A DNA stretch of 64,000 bases from Eledone cirrhosa (GCA_964016885.1 OZ024747.1:93248001-93312000), one strand, 5' to 3'; counted from the first letter of the stretch, positions 40,303 to 53,690 are shown. The notes: generated from the sequence alone by a model not told the origin. Made by a program: numbers and translations.

Positions 40303-42749
40303 TAGCCCCTCCCCAAAAATAAAGTTTCTTACAAACTATTCATGTTAAGCAGGCAAATGTATATTTATGTTCTTTACTGAAACAGATTTTCTTTTCGCAA
40401 TCTTCAAACCTCCACCTATCACAGAAAGGATGTTTGACAAGAGATATCTTTGTCAAGTACACACTGCTACTACCACTCCTAATTTCTGGGTAAAAAAGAA
40501 CAAGCAAACAAACAGATGAGATAAGTTTAAGGAGTGAAATAGAAACAAATAGCAGTCAGTGTTATTCTATGTACATTTCGATATCAAGTTTGACTCCAAA
40601 AGAAAAATTCCTTCCAAACAAAGTTTCCTTTATTATATCATTAAAAATAATGTACCACCAGCTTGACAGCTGCTATGATGAAAGCTATTATCATCATCAT
40701 CATTTTAACATCTCTTAAACCACAGTCATTATAATGGGAATTATATCAAGAAATACAAGATAAGTTCAGCCTAAGTAAATGTTGTTTATTGTAAGTACAT
40801 TCTTTGGTGAAAGTCAAGATGGTAAATAAGTAAAGTAAAGGAATAGTTACTAGTTAGTCACAACTATTGACTATATCATTATCACCATCATTTAACAGTC
40901 ATTTTTTCCATACTGGCATGGGTTAGACAAGTCAGTACTTAACCAGGGCTTCTATCCTTCCAGGGGCCACATCTCATTTGCATACACTCGTTTTGGGGCA
41001 TGGTTTTGACAACTGGATACCTTTCCTATCACCAGCCATTTTACAGAATGTACTGGGTGCATTTGATGGCATCAAAACTAGGAAGCTTTTCATGTCCTTA
41101 ACACAAGTAAAAGTTCCATCTGTGTCAACTTAGCCACTTATTATTCTAGAAATAATTAATTAACCACTGGATCAACTAAAGGGAAGAGGATATAGTGGAG
41201 AGTGATGACAAACCAATTATTGTTGTTTAGCCCTAAGTTAACCCTGATTGAGCAAACCTTTGATCAAAAGCATTCCATCCATGATCATCACATTAGTTTG
41301 TTTCTTTTTTTTCTTTTTCGTGGGAACCAAATTTTTTTTTTTTTTGTTAAAGGAACCAAATTGGCTATGATCCACTGGATGTACAATATTAATTCTAATT
41401 TCACAAAATGAAAGTATGTTGAGAAAAGCCAGTATGTTAAAAACATTAACAGAAGTCTGTAGGAAAACTAAATAAACATGAACATGTAATGGGAACTTAA
41501 GATATATGTGGAATGGAAAATACCGCTTGTGGCAGTTGATACCTGCCATATATGTAGATCAAAATATTAAGAAATACTTATCTTAGACATAAAAACATTC
41601 AACTTACTCAAGAAATTGATCTAAAGTAGACACACAAATACATATCCATTTTATATGAATCATACCAAATTATACACAAGTAGTTATTTATAAGGAGTAA
41701 ATGGGTTAAAGAAAAAAAAAAAAAAAAAAAAAAAAAATCAATGATAATATAGTATTAACAGACAAATGCATTCACACACAAAAGATATTGAATACAACAA
41801 CGGATCACAGCTGGTTCAAAAAAGCATTGTTATTGACAACTGATCAAACCAATAGGTTTAATACTCAATAACATCACATGCTACAAATAAAGCCATATAC
41901 AAATAAAATAAAACACCAATGCAGTATGTTGGATTTAAAAATAGAATTATAATGCATCTTTTATTTTTAGAAGGAGATTGTCATTAAGAAAGATAAACTA
42001 ATGATCTGTTATTACTTGCTCTATGAATGCAAGATCCACCATTATTATGAAGACAAAAGAATAACCTGACTTGAATCTTTAAGCTGATGTTAATTTTAAT
42101 TAAGGATATGTTAAGGCAAAGGAAAATCAACAATGACAGTGGCCCAGCATGGCTTCAGCCTGTCGGCTGGAACACATAATAAAGTAATATATGCTTATTT
42201 GTGAAAATTACAGGCAGGATGATAGTTGGCATGGGTTAAGAAAGAACATTCTCTAGACTTCAGCTGTCAAAATCATGAATGCAAGGTGCAAATATTCCAA
42301 TCCAATCCAGGGCCTTCTCTTATTGGAGGAAGCCCCTCCCTGGTTGACCATCACTTTCTGTTTGGTTTTGGTCCTGTTAGGGGTGTAGCCGTACTCACCA
42401 CGCTTCGCCAGTTGTGGGTTGGTGAGGTTAACTCCTAGTTAAGGTGGATGGCCATTGACTCTGAAGAGTTCATCTACTTTTTTTACAGCTCGTTTTGTGC
42501 TGCTGGGGTTCCACTTATCCTCCTCACCAGACCAGAGCCAGTTTAGTGACCAAGCACTCGACGATGAAGCAGGCTGTACTGGGTTACACGGTACCAGTAG
42601 CAGACAGAAGCCTGACCTGTAAATATTATTCCTAAGTAAATAAATCTCAATGCTCAACCCAATAGAAAATGCCATAGTCTAAAGATAAATCATGTACAGT
42701 ATCTAAAATACCAACAGCTATCTATTTTTACAGATATCCATGAATCTAG

Positions 42750-43041
42750 TCCTTTTAATACCAAATCACCTGAAACACCAACAGCTATCCATGAATCTAG
42801 TCCTGATACCAAATCATCTGAAAACACACATGATTTATGATACAATGTTTATCCTTATATGAAAACCTTCCATCACAATTTTATTTTAGTAATTTCTATT
42901 AAGTAATGTTCTTCATATCAGCTTACTCATGAAATAACTTATTTTATTAAACTCCTCCAAAATTTTTGGTTATTTTCAAAATTAATTGAAACACATAAGT
43001 AGTGTATATTTCATTATAAATTTGGTAATGAAAGGGGTTCA
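42750..43041. mobile_element. Older TTAA-type MITE family M2; other copies near 3239-3500, 12155-12388, 23560-23885, 24337-24550
   Basis: Shared motifs ttattttcaaaattaattgaaac and agaaatatggtaacaaatgggttaa. Confidence 0.6.
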
Positions 43042-43065
43042 GTGAAATTCAAATACATACACATA

Positions 43066-43939
43066 TAGGTGACCGAATTAGCAGCGGAGGTGGGTGTTCA
43101 GAAAGTACAATAACTAGGGCAAGAACGGGATGGAAGAAGTTTAGGGAACTACTACCACTGCTAGCTGCAAAAGGCTTCTCCCTCAAAATGAAAGGCAGAC
43201 TGTATGATGCATGTATCCGAACAGCGATGTTGCATGGTAGTGAGACCTGGGCGCTGAAGGTGGAAGACTTACGCAGATTAGAGAGAAACGAAGCCTGCAT
43301 GCTCCGATGGATGTGTAATAGTAATATACGTGAACGACAAAGCATAAATGAATTGAGAGAGAGACTAAGCATAAGAGGAATCAAATGCTGTGTGCAGGAG
43401 AGGCAGTTGCGTTGGTATGGACATGTGATGCGTATGAAGGATGACAGCTGCATAAAAAGGTGCAGAGCACTAGAAGTCGATGGACACCGCGGAATGGGAA
43501 GACCCAAGATGACCTGGGATGAGGTGATAAAAGCCGACCTTACCCAATTACACCTCTCAAAGGCGATGACACACGACCATGACCTCTGGCGTCACGCAGT
43601 AATACAGAGTACCCGACCTCCCATGGGTACAAGCTGAAGCATATAGACAATATGCCCCCACACACCCCACTGCAAGGTGGTCGTGGAGGTGCCACGGCAA
43701 AAAAGCACCCAGCCCACACTGTAAAGTGGACGTGTAGGCGCCACGGAAAAAAAAGTACCCAGCACTCCCTGTAAATGAGGTTGGTGTTAGGAAGGGCATC
43801 CAGCTGTAGAAATCAAGCCAAATCAGTTCCTGTATGAGCAAGGCATGGTCAGCCGACCAGACACTGCCCACAACAGGACAACCCGTCTAACCTATGCTAG
43901 TGTGGAAGAACGGACGTAAAACGGTGATGATGTTGATGA
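43066..43939 (+). mobile_element. RTE-clade LINE 3' fragment (related subfamily) with 3'UTR and (GAT)n tail
   Basis: ORF 43188-43637 closely matches the C-terminus of the 45166-45603 ORF; the 3'UTR ends ggaagaacggacgtaaaacggtgatgatg. Confidence 0.93.
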
Positions 43940-44216
43940 TATAGACTATGTGATTGGAATGATTTCAGATGATTGGATTACTGACATGGCATCATGATGT
44001 CAGAAACATATTATAAGGTAAGTAACAAGAAGACCAGCAGTAACACGAGAAGAACCAACTTACTATGATATAGTAGATGTACAAAGGTAAATAAAAGAAA
44101 GACAACCAAAGTGATAAACCTCACCTAGAATAGGTTAGTTAGTGTATTAGATAGAAGGAAACATACTCAGAAAATTCAGGGGTCTATTCCTCACAAGTAA
44201 ATACATTGATGCAAAA

Positions 44217-44422
44217 TTAACTCTTAAAATCCTGTAATGATTTAGCAGAAAATATTTTAAAACAGGTTTGTTAATTCAATTGTTTGTAGTGTCTTTACTA
44301 GTGGACAGACTTGTAAGATCTTGAAGTATTAGAGTAAACACTTTAATTTTTAATATGATGCAGTTATAATGTTTTTATACTTTACAAGAATGTCTTGCTA
44401 AAACAGTTTCAAGGTAGGCGTA
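44217..44422. mobile_element. TTAA-type MITE family M3 (end ttaactcttaa); other copies near 7466-7630 and 9295-9465
   Basis: Shared motifs cactatgactgcatcacattaaaaa, cactagtaaagat, ttaagagttaa. Confidence 0.55.
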
Positions 44423-44770
44423 CTAAACATGATATGAAGAACTCATTCTATGAGCTGGTAATCTATTTTATTTCTATCTATTCTCTAGCTTGTCTCTACA
44501 AAACTTAAAGTTATGGATGGTAACAGGATAAAATAACCAAAATAAAAGAAATATTAAAAATGATGACAGCTTTTTATTCAGAACTTTACAAGTTACATAG
44601 CTGCTGAATAATTTCACAATTAGTCTAACTAAATACATATAGATGTGACTGGTAATAAGGTAGTAATAAATTACTGTCTTTCACTATTTAGGGTTTAAAA
44701 TATATATAACTATAAAAGGTTTTAGTATATACATAACCATAAATAGTATCCTTAATACTAGATGTGACTG

Positions 44771-47269
44771 TCATCATCATCATCATCAACGTTTAACGTC
44801 CGTGTTCCATGCTTGCATGGGTTTGGACGGGGGTAGTCCCACTTGAGGCAAGAGTGATTGTCTTGCTTGCATAGGACTGTCTGGCAGGTTTTCTACAGTT
44901 GGATGCCCTTCCTAACACCAACCACATTTACAGTGTGGGTCTGGGAGGTTTTTACCGTGTTGCCTACACGGCCACATTACAGCGTGGACTGTGTGTTTTT
45001 TTGTCGTGACACCTACACGATCTCATTTGTTTTGGCCTCGATGGCGCGGCACCAACATAACTTTACATAGAACGGGGTGGTGTGGATCGGGTGGGGGTGG
45101 TGGTGGTGGGACGGGGTGTATTTTGTTAGAGATGCCTACTGGCTGGAGTAGGTTTTACTATATATTTAGGTAAGGCGGGTCTTCTCTGTTACTGAGTACC
45201 GCCAAAGGTCTCGGTCCAGTGACATTGTCTTGGAGAGGTGTAAGTGTGTGATGTCGGAGTTTATCAGCTCGTCCCAGGTTTTTCTAGGTCTGCCTATTCC
45301 GTGACTACCGTCTATCTTTATTGCCCTGCACTTTGTTATACAGCTATCGACTTTCATGCGCATCACGTGTCCATACCAACGTAGCCTTCTCTCGAGTAAA
45401 CAACATCTGATCCCTCTTATCTCTAATTTTTTCCTTAGTTCGTTTATGCTTTGCCGTTCACGTATATTACTGTTACACATCCAGCGGAGCATGCAAGCTT
45501 CGTTCCTCTCTAGTCTGCGTATATCCTCTGCACACAATGCCCAGGTCTCACTGCCATGCAGCATTGCTGTTCGTATGCAGGCATCGTACAACCTGCCTTT
45601 CATTTTTAGTGAGAACCCTTTAGCAGCTAATAGTGGTATAAGCTCTGAACTTTTTCCAACCAGTTCTGACTCTAGCTACAGTACTTTCAGAGCACCCTCC
45701 CCCACTGCTGATTTTATCGCCCAGGTAACGGAAGCTGTCCACTATTTCTATAGAACCCTCTGCGCAATTGAAAGAGCTAGTAGTTTGTGGGCACTTGCTG
45801 CTACTTATTGCACCAGAGCACCGGCCACATGTAAAATCTATGTTCTTAGTTAGCTTACCTGTGATCCCACTACATCTTTTATGCACCCATACTTTGCATT
45901 TAGGACATAAAATGGAGTTTCTACCTACGCCTTTCCTACACACCGAGCACGACCATTTCCCAGAAGGGACCGCCGCCTTGTTTTCTTTCCTACAAACTAG
46001 TACTTTGGTCTTAGCCAGGTTAATTTTAAGTCCTTTTGACTCTAGGCCGTGCTTCCATGTTTGGAATTTCTTCTCTAGCTCGGCCATTGATTCCGCTATG
46101 AGTGTCAGGTCGTCTGCGTATAGGAGTTCCCATGGGCAGCCTGTTGTGAACTCCTCTGTTATAGCCTGAAGGGCAATAATAAATAGTAGTGGACTGAGAA
46201 CAGAGCCCTGATGGACGCCAACTTTTACGCTAAACTCTTCACTATATTCGTTGTTAATTCTAACCTTGCTGACTGTTTCTTTATACATGGCTTGTATAGC
46301 CCTCACAAGCCATTCGTCAACGCCTAGTTTTCTAAGAGCCCACCAGATAATGGAGCGGGGGACTCTGTCGAAGGCTTTCTCCAAGTCGACAAAAGCTAAG
46401 TAGAGGGGTTTACCTTTAGCTAGGTACTTCTCCTGTAGTTGTCGTACTATGAAAAGAGCGTCTGTGGTGCTTTTGCCTGACACAAACCCGAACTGCATTT
46501 CATCTAGGTCAATTCTCTCTCTGATTAGTTGCGCTATTACTTTTTCCGTGACCTTCATGACCTGGTCGATTAATTTAATGCCTCTATAGTTACTCCTATC
46601 TAGGGCGTCTCCTTTACCCTTATAACAGTTAACGATGATGCTGCTATGCCAGTCCTTCGGAACAACCCCATTCTGTACGACTTGGTTAACTATGCGGGTG
46701 ACCATGGTGTGTCCCACCGTGCCAGATGCCTTCAGCATCTCAGCAACTATTTCCGAAGGCCCAGCCGCCTTACCAGTCTTCATATCCTTGATTGCCTTAC
46801 TTATTATACTCCCCTCGACTAACACTGCTGGTCCCTCTATTGGGTCGATATGGGGGAGACTGCCTTTCTCCCAATTATTCTCCTCATTTAGTAGCCTTTC
46901 ATAGTGACACTTCCAAGCTACCTTCTTATCAGCGTCGGTGATGGCAAGTGTGCCATCGTCGTTTAGTACACACTTCTCCCCGACAATATCACGGTTTTCC
47001 TTGACGCATTGCCTAGCAATCCTGAACACCTCACGTTTTTGGTCATCGCGTTGTAGAACATGCTTGAACTTTCTTTCCTCAGCTTCCCTTCTTGCTAAGT
47101 ACACTTGTCTCCTAGCTTCCCTCCTGGCCACTTGATAGTCCTCTCTACTTCCCCCATCCCGCCATACTTTCCAAGCCTGCTTTTTGGCCTTAATTGACCC
47201 CTCCACCTTACTGTTCCACCACCATGTTACTCTCCTCCTGCCTACAGGCCTGCTCCAGCCACAGACCTC
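44771..47269 (-). mobile_element. RTE-clade LINE, 5'-truncated; RT domain, Cys/His finger, C-terminus, 3'UTR and (ATG)n tail
   Basis: ORF 45620-47206 has RT motifs (FVDLEKAFDRVP, GVHQGSVLSPLLF, LYADDL). It continues after one frameshift near 45640 into ORF 45166-45603 (RLRWYGHVMRM, GRPRKTW). The frame is open upstream to ~47269 (TWWWN). (TCA)n tail at 44771-44788. Confidence 0.95.
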
Positions 47270-47731
47270 GATATTTATTCATAATTCATATTGCATGAGA
47301 CTCTAGTAAAAGTAAAAATTTTATTTAAAAAATTTTTTAAAAACTTAAATAAATAAATAAGTTACTTGAGCTGAAATCTAGCAAAATGTCATTAAATTTG
47401 TAGCTGTCCGCTGCCATATCATGAGCTAGTTAGCCATTTTTTAACCTAATGATGCAGCACTGACTCAGTGTCAACAGCTTCAAGAACAAGTTTTGTCTTT
47501 GATTCAAATTTTTAGTGATGGCTGTGTGGTTAAGGAGTTCACTTCGCAACCAAGTAGTTGCAGGTTCACTCCCACCATGAGACACAGGGAAACATATATA
47601 TATGTATGTATAATATATAAGAAAAAAAACGAGGAACTTTTGTTTACATATAAAAATATTTATTGTGTATCGACCTGTTACGCGCTTGATTTGGTACCAA
47701 CACGAATAATCCACTGTATTACCAACTCTCA

Positions 47732-47990
47732 CTCTCTCTCTCTCTCTCTCTAGAGAGAGAATGAGAGAGAGAGAGAGAGAATGAGAGAGAGAGAGAGAGA
47801 GAATGAGAGAGAGAGAGAGAGAGAAGGAGAGAGAGAGAGAGAGAGAGAGAATGAGAGAGAGAGAGAATGAGAGAGAAAATGAGAGAGAATGAGAGAGAGA
47901 GAGAATGAGAGAGAGAGAGAATGAGAGAGAGAGAGAATGAGAGAGAGAGAGAATGAGAGAGAGAATGAGAGAGAGAGAGAGAGAGAGAGA
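47732..47990. repeat. (CT)n followed by (GA)n/GAAT compound microsatellite
   Basis: Direct observation. Confidence 0.95.
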
Positions 47991-48208
47991 TTCATATGAT
48001 TTATGGGAATGAAAGTTCTAGTCCTGTAAAAGTCTTTTCTAAATAAAGTAAAGATATTGAGCACCTTCTTTAACTGTGGTCATCTCCTGATCCCCTTTGG
48101 GAATCTCTCTCTATATATATTATATCACGCTACATTAACGGAGCCATAGGCTCTCGCCATTCCCTGTAAATAATGTGCTCAAAGGAGAGGAAATCCTAAG
48201 CTCTTTAA

Positions 48209-48465
48209 AATACAATATGTTGAAAAGGTAACACACCAGAGAGAGAGATACAGTGCGCTATCAATAAAACAGGGAAGAACCACCAGTGTATGGAATCTAT
48301 AACCTCTGAAATGTTATAGAGGTATTTATTTACGCTTTAATTTATATTTTTAATTATTGTGTCTATCTTTCATAGGTGATAGATTCCATACACTGGTGGT
48401 TTTTTCCCTGTTTTATTGATAGTGCACTGTATCTCTCTCTAGTGTGTTACCTTTTCAACATATTG

Positions 48466-48469
<4 letters not shown>
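48209..48469. repeat. Inverted repeat with ~100-bp arms and AT-rich spacer
   Basis: aatacaatatgttgaaaaggtaacacac...ggaatctat vs atagattcc...gtgtgttaccttttcaacatattgtatt. Confidence 0.88.
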
Positions 48470-48506
<37 letters not shown>

Positions 48507-48550
48507 CATCATCGTTTAACGTGCATCTTCCACGCTAGCATGGGTTATAT

Positions 48551-48899
48551 ATGGAGGCACATGGCTTAGTGGTTAGAGCATTGGCCTTGCAATCGAAAGA
48601 TTGTGAGTTCAATTCTCAGACCGGGTGATGTGTTGTTTCCTTGAGCAAGACACTTTATTTCACATTGCTCCAGTTTACTCAGCTGTAGAAATGAGATGAT
48701 AGGGGCTGGGGTCCCTATCATTCCACTGCAAAGTGGTCGTGGAGGTGCCACGGCAAAAAAGCACCCAGCACTCACTGTAAATGAGGTTGGTGTTAGGAAG
48801 GGCATCCAGCTGTAGAAATCAAGCCAGAATCAGTTCTCGTCCCACCCTTGCAAGCAGGGAAAAGCGGACGTAAAATGAAATGATGAAATGATGATGATG
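48551..48899 (+). mobile_element. SINE family S1 copy
   Basis: Near-identical to 1917-2252. Confidence 0.9.
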
Positions 48900-49749
48900 G
48901 TATGTATATATCAGATATCGTCATCATCACCATAAACATCCTTTTACATTCACTTGTCCATGCTTTGGACTATATACGTGTGTGTGTAGGGGGGGAAGGT
49001 TCATGTCTGTATTCCATAACTTACCAGTTCAACAAAAAAAAATGTTTGAAACTTGATATTATGAAGCATATAAATAATAAAGATATTGTAAAGCAAAAAA
49101 TCATTGTATGTTGAACAGCTATCAGTTTTGACAGCGAGTGTTCCAGTTGTTTGAACAGCCTGCTCAGGAAATTATTGTGCAAGTTGCTGAGCATTCCACA
49201 GACAGAAACATACACACACATCCACACAATACATTTCATATCTCAGTCGTGTTACAATAAGATCACTAGTCAAAAAAGGCCTAGGTTCTAACCATACATT
49301 CTTTACTATAAATAATTATTTCTCCAACATTATTCATACATTTGTGTAGCTTCATATGCTGAACATTTATAAAATCATATCCTAGAAATAAATTATGAAA
49401 ATACCGTTCTTATCTTTAATCACTTCCACGTGTCAGTAATCACCATCATTGTTTAACATCCACTTTCTACGCTTGCATTAGTTAGATGGGTTGCCACGTT
49501 ATAAGACAAGTCAGATCAGAAGACTACATCTTGCTCATACAGATCTGTATTTTGGCTTGGTTTCTACAGCTGGATGTCTATCATAACGCCAACCACGTTA
49601 GTGTGGGCTGGGTGCTTTTTATCATGGCACCAAAACAACCACCTAACAGGGTGGACTAGGTGCTTTTTATCATGGCACCAAAACGACCACCTGACTGGGT
49701 GGTTCTTATCGTGTCGCCAGCACAACCACTTTTAGGGCTTCTTTTATAC

Positions 49750-50079
49750 CGGATGTTCTCAATTTTTGGAGGCCACCACCCTCACGGCTAGATAATACCC
49801 TCAGCACCCACAACCATATTTCCAGAGAGACCTGCCTACACGTAAATTGTAAATAATATATAAAAAATAAAATCATTAATTTATATATCATAAATAATAT
49901 AATATATAGTATGCATATATAAATATTGTTTTACTATATATATAATATGTATCATTTGATATTTAATATACTATTATATCATCTCTACTGCTCTCCACCG
50001 GCCCCTTAGGCCCCAGTGCTTCCACGACCTTAACACTCCCCACCCCTGGGTGCAGTAACACCCACTTTGAGAACCTCTG
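49750..50079. mobile_element. hAT MITE with 8-bp TSD
   Basis: ttttatac-cggatgttctcaa ... ttgagaacctctg-tcttatac (8-bp TSD with one mismatch). Confidence 0.7.
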
Positions 50080-51046
50080 TCTTATACAAACCATTAATTT
50101 ATTAAAACACTACTTTTCCATTTCATATTACTGTCCATACATTCAGTAATCCAAATCCTGGCCTCCAAGAATTAAATACATTCAACGCTATTGCCATGAT
50201 TATTGATGGCACGATTCCACGAGAGTACAAATAAATGAAAATAAGGAAAAAAGCCTAAGAAAAGTCAATGTTCTGAAAACATCACTAAAATATGGCATAG
50301 CATTATACAAATCCTTAGTAAAATCAACAATACAATCCAATTTCTCAGTGAGTCATTCACAAAATGAAATCTTTTACTTATACATGACCCCATTTCAAAC
50401 AAAAAAATATTCAATTTTAAATCCCTCCCTTCCAATCTTACCATCTTAAAGAATGAGAATTTTAGGAAAAGGAATAAGATAATTTATTTTTTTTAAACTC
50501 TTATCTATGTATATATGTATGCATGTGTAGAAGATACATATATAAAATGGTGGATGTGGGTTTGTGTGCATATATAGATACCTGTATGTATGTATACATA
50601 TGTTTGTGTATGTACATATGTATATTAATTACATAAAAAATATCTATACATAAATATATATGTATATACATATAAGAGTACAAGCATGGCTCTGTGGTTA
50701 AGAAATTTGCTTTGCAACCACATGGTTTTAGGTCCAATCCTACTACATGGCACTTCATAACTCTGCCAAAGCTGAGAGAGAGACAGAGATAGAGAGAGAA
50801 CTGGGGCCCAGATCATTATAATACCCAAGAGGCCTCTTATGAGATGCAAACTCTATTAACTTTTTTGTTAGGATATATTTAATGAAATACACTACAAATG
50901 TGTTTCAATTAATTTTGAAAATAATCAAGCATTTTGAGGAATTTAGTAAAATAATTTTTTCACTAGTGAACTTATGTCGGAAATATTACTTCACAAAAAG
51001 TTCATACATAAGATTTTTATGTAAAGTTTTAATATAAAGTTTTAAT

Positions 51047-51274
51047 TTAACTCTTTAGCATTTAAACCGGTCATAACCGGCCAAAACTCTCTCACCTCTT
51101 TCAGTTCAAACTGGCCATAACTGGGCACTTATACTGATGTTAAGGTATTGTTCTCAAAATAAACAATATCAAAATCTCATAGATTCGATATTATGCGAGA
51201 TAATATGTAAGATAAAACCTTTACCACAAAAATACAATAGTAAATATAGAGTAATGTAAATGCTAAAGGGATAA
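51047..51274. mobile_element. MITE M1 copy nested in an older M2 MITE (~50856-51341)
   Basis: M1 TIRs; the flanks on both sides resemble family M2. Confidence 0.8.
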
Positions 51275-51951
51275 GTATCAACACTTTGAAACAGGCAGGT
51301 TTGTATCATAAAACAGGTTCAGATTGATATTAAAAGGATAAGAAATTTATTTCTATGGAAAAGACTGTCCAATAATTACTGACAGTTGTTAACGGTGCAC
51401 ATTTTTCTTCAATTTGCATAAAAACAATTGTTTGCAGTTAATCAGATGGATAATTTCACCTACAACAACCATTCATACAACCATGTGTGTATATTTATGC
51501 ATATGAGTGCATGAATATGTATGTAAGTTAGCATGATGTACTCAACCTGTCTAGATCAGTAGCTCTGAATAGAAAACAACTCTTTAATGACCAATCCTGA
51601 CCAGACCATCACAGAAAACAAAAGTAAAATAATGACGTTAACTATACATACACACATGTATGTATACATATATATACAAATGCAAGCATACATACATATA
51701 TAGATAGATATGTATACACACATGTACCAAGTGAACACACACACATGTATACACATATACAAATGCATGCATACATACATAGATATGTATACACACATGT
51801 ATACATATATACAAATGCATGCATCCATACATACATATGTGAACACATACCTCGTGGATACACACATACTGACATATCCTCACACACACACACAGATTAA
51901 ATGTTTGGAAAGAAGGTTATTTTTCTAGTAGGGATCAAGTTTATAAACACT

Positions 51952-52085
51952 ATAAACAGATTGCCTTAGACAGTTGCTATTGAAATATAAACAGATTACC
52001 TGAGTTGCTATAGAGATATAAACACAGATTGCCTTAGACAGTTGCTATAGAGATATAAACACAGATTGCCTTAGACAGTTGCTTT
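51952..52085. repeat. Minisatellite, ~37-bp unit x ~4
   Basis: aaacacagattgccttagacagttgctatagagatat repeated. Confidence 0.88.
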
Positions 52086-53189
52086 TGGGATACAAGATCC
52101 TACCAATATAGACTCTAAACACTCTAAACAGCCTTAAACAGCTTCTATGGAGATATAAGAAGATCCTGTAAATATAGACTCAAGGAGTCAATCGCCAGAT
52201 CAGACTATAGAAACACTGCTTCTATTGACCTTTCTTTTGCTGATACTATCTGATGAGTGTAAAACTCCAGGCAGGAGGAGCAACATATAAAAGTATTTTG
52301 CTCAAGAACAACATGTGCCACCCAGTCCAGGAATCAAACCCACAAACTTATGACTGAGTTCAAACACCTTAACCACTAGGATTAAATAAAAATAAGTTAA
52401 AGAGTAAAAAAATCATCATCATCGATTTTATGCCTACTTTCCATGCTGATAAATTAGATGGGTTGTCATGTTGAGTCTATTCACGTCAGGTGACAACATC
52501 TTGGTCATACAATCTTTATTTGGCCTAATTTCTATGGCTAGATGCTCACCAGTACTACCAGTTTAGAGTGGACCAGGTGCTTTTTGTCGTGGCACCAGCA
52601 CTAAAGATTTCACAAAATCATCCAGACTGAAAATTGCTCTTAGATTCTATATTGTGTCTGTTTAAGAGCCAGGCACTGTAGCCTAGCAACTGAATAGAGA
52701 GGCAACAAACAGTCAAATATAGAAAAAATAATGCAAATTGTTTCATTCATGTCTTCACCATAAAAGGTGAAGTGTGTTAATTATTAGATTGGCAATGCAA
52801 ATGGTCACTAATTGTCACTGCAAGTCCACCTACACTGGCCAGTTTGATGTGATTGATATTCAGCTTCAAAATCTGTAGGATGATGTCCAGAGGGCCACTG
52901 AGCTGCAGGAGATAGATTGGGCAAAGTTATTAGTACAAGTTCTGAGAGAAAGGCAGAAAGAATAAAGAGATGAGTGGAAGAAGTAGGACAATGGCAAAGG
53001 TTTGCAGATGGTTAGTCTAGTGGAGCAGAGGCCTTTGAAATTGCAATAGAAGAGGCAGAGGAAGGGGAAACAGTGTACACGTGTTAAAAAGTAAACAAAA
53101 CAAAAATGGATATATTTCTGTAAGAATTTAAGACTAATATTTATAAAATAGACTAAGTTTAGTAATTCTAGTGACTGCTAATCTTATGT

Positions 53190-53250
<61 letters not shown>
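53190..53250. repeat. (CA)n microsatellite
   Basis: Direct observation. Confidence 0.95.
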
Positions 53251-53251
<1 letters not shown>

Positions 53252-53299
53252 TCTACATCACCAAAATATATTTAACATTTCAGCAACTATCCTAGATAG

Positions 53300-53690
53300 C
53301 ACAGCAGCTTTTCCCCTCTTCATATCCATAAAGGTCTGTTTGACCATATACATGATAACCTCAATAGCTGGTCCCTGTTGGATCTACTGACAGTAGTTCC
53401 CTTTTCTTTTCACACATTTATCAACCTCATTAATATTTCTAGGCCTCTTTTTTCTGGGCATCAGTGAGGCTTAGTGCCCTAGCTTCATTCTGAAATACAC
53501 GTTTCACTAATATCTTGATTTACAATCCAAAACAACTCACACCTCTAGCTCTTTCACCACACAACACTGGAAAACCCTTTGTTTTCAGCTTCTCTTTGAA
53601 CTATGTAGGCTTGACATAAAGCTTCCCTTTTTAGCTACTTGATATTGTTCTTTGCTGCCCTCTTTCTTCCAGTTTTTTCTTGCCCGTTTT
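53300..53690 (-). mobile_element. Decayed RTE LINE ORF fragment
   Basis: KRARKNWKKEGSKEQYQVAKK matches the start of the 528-aa RTE ORF (KKQAWKVWRDGGSREDYQVARR); further degenerate similarity to the GPA/KDMK region. Confidence 0.65.
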
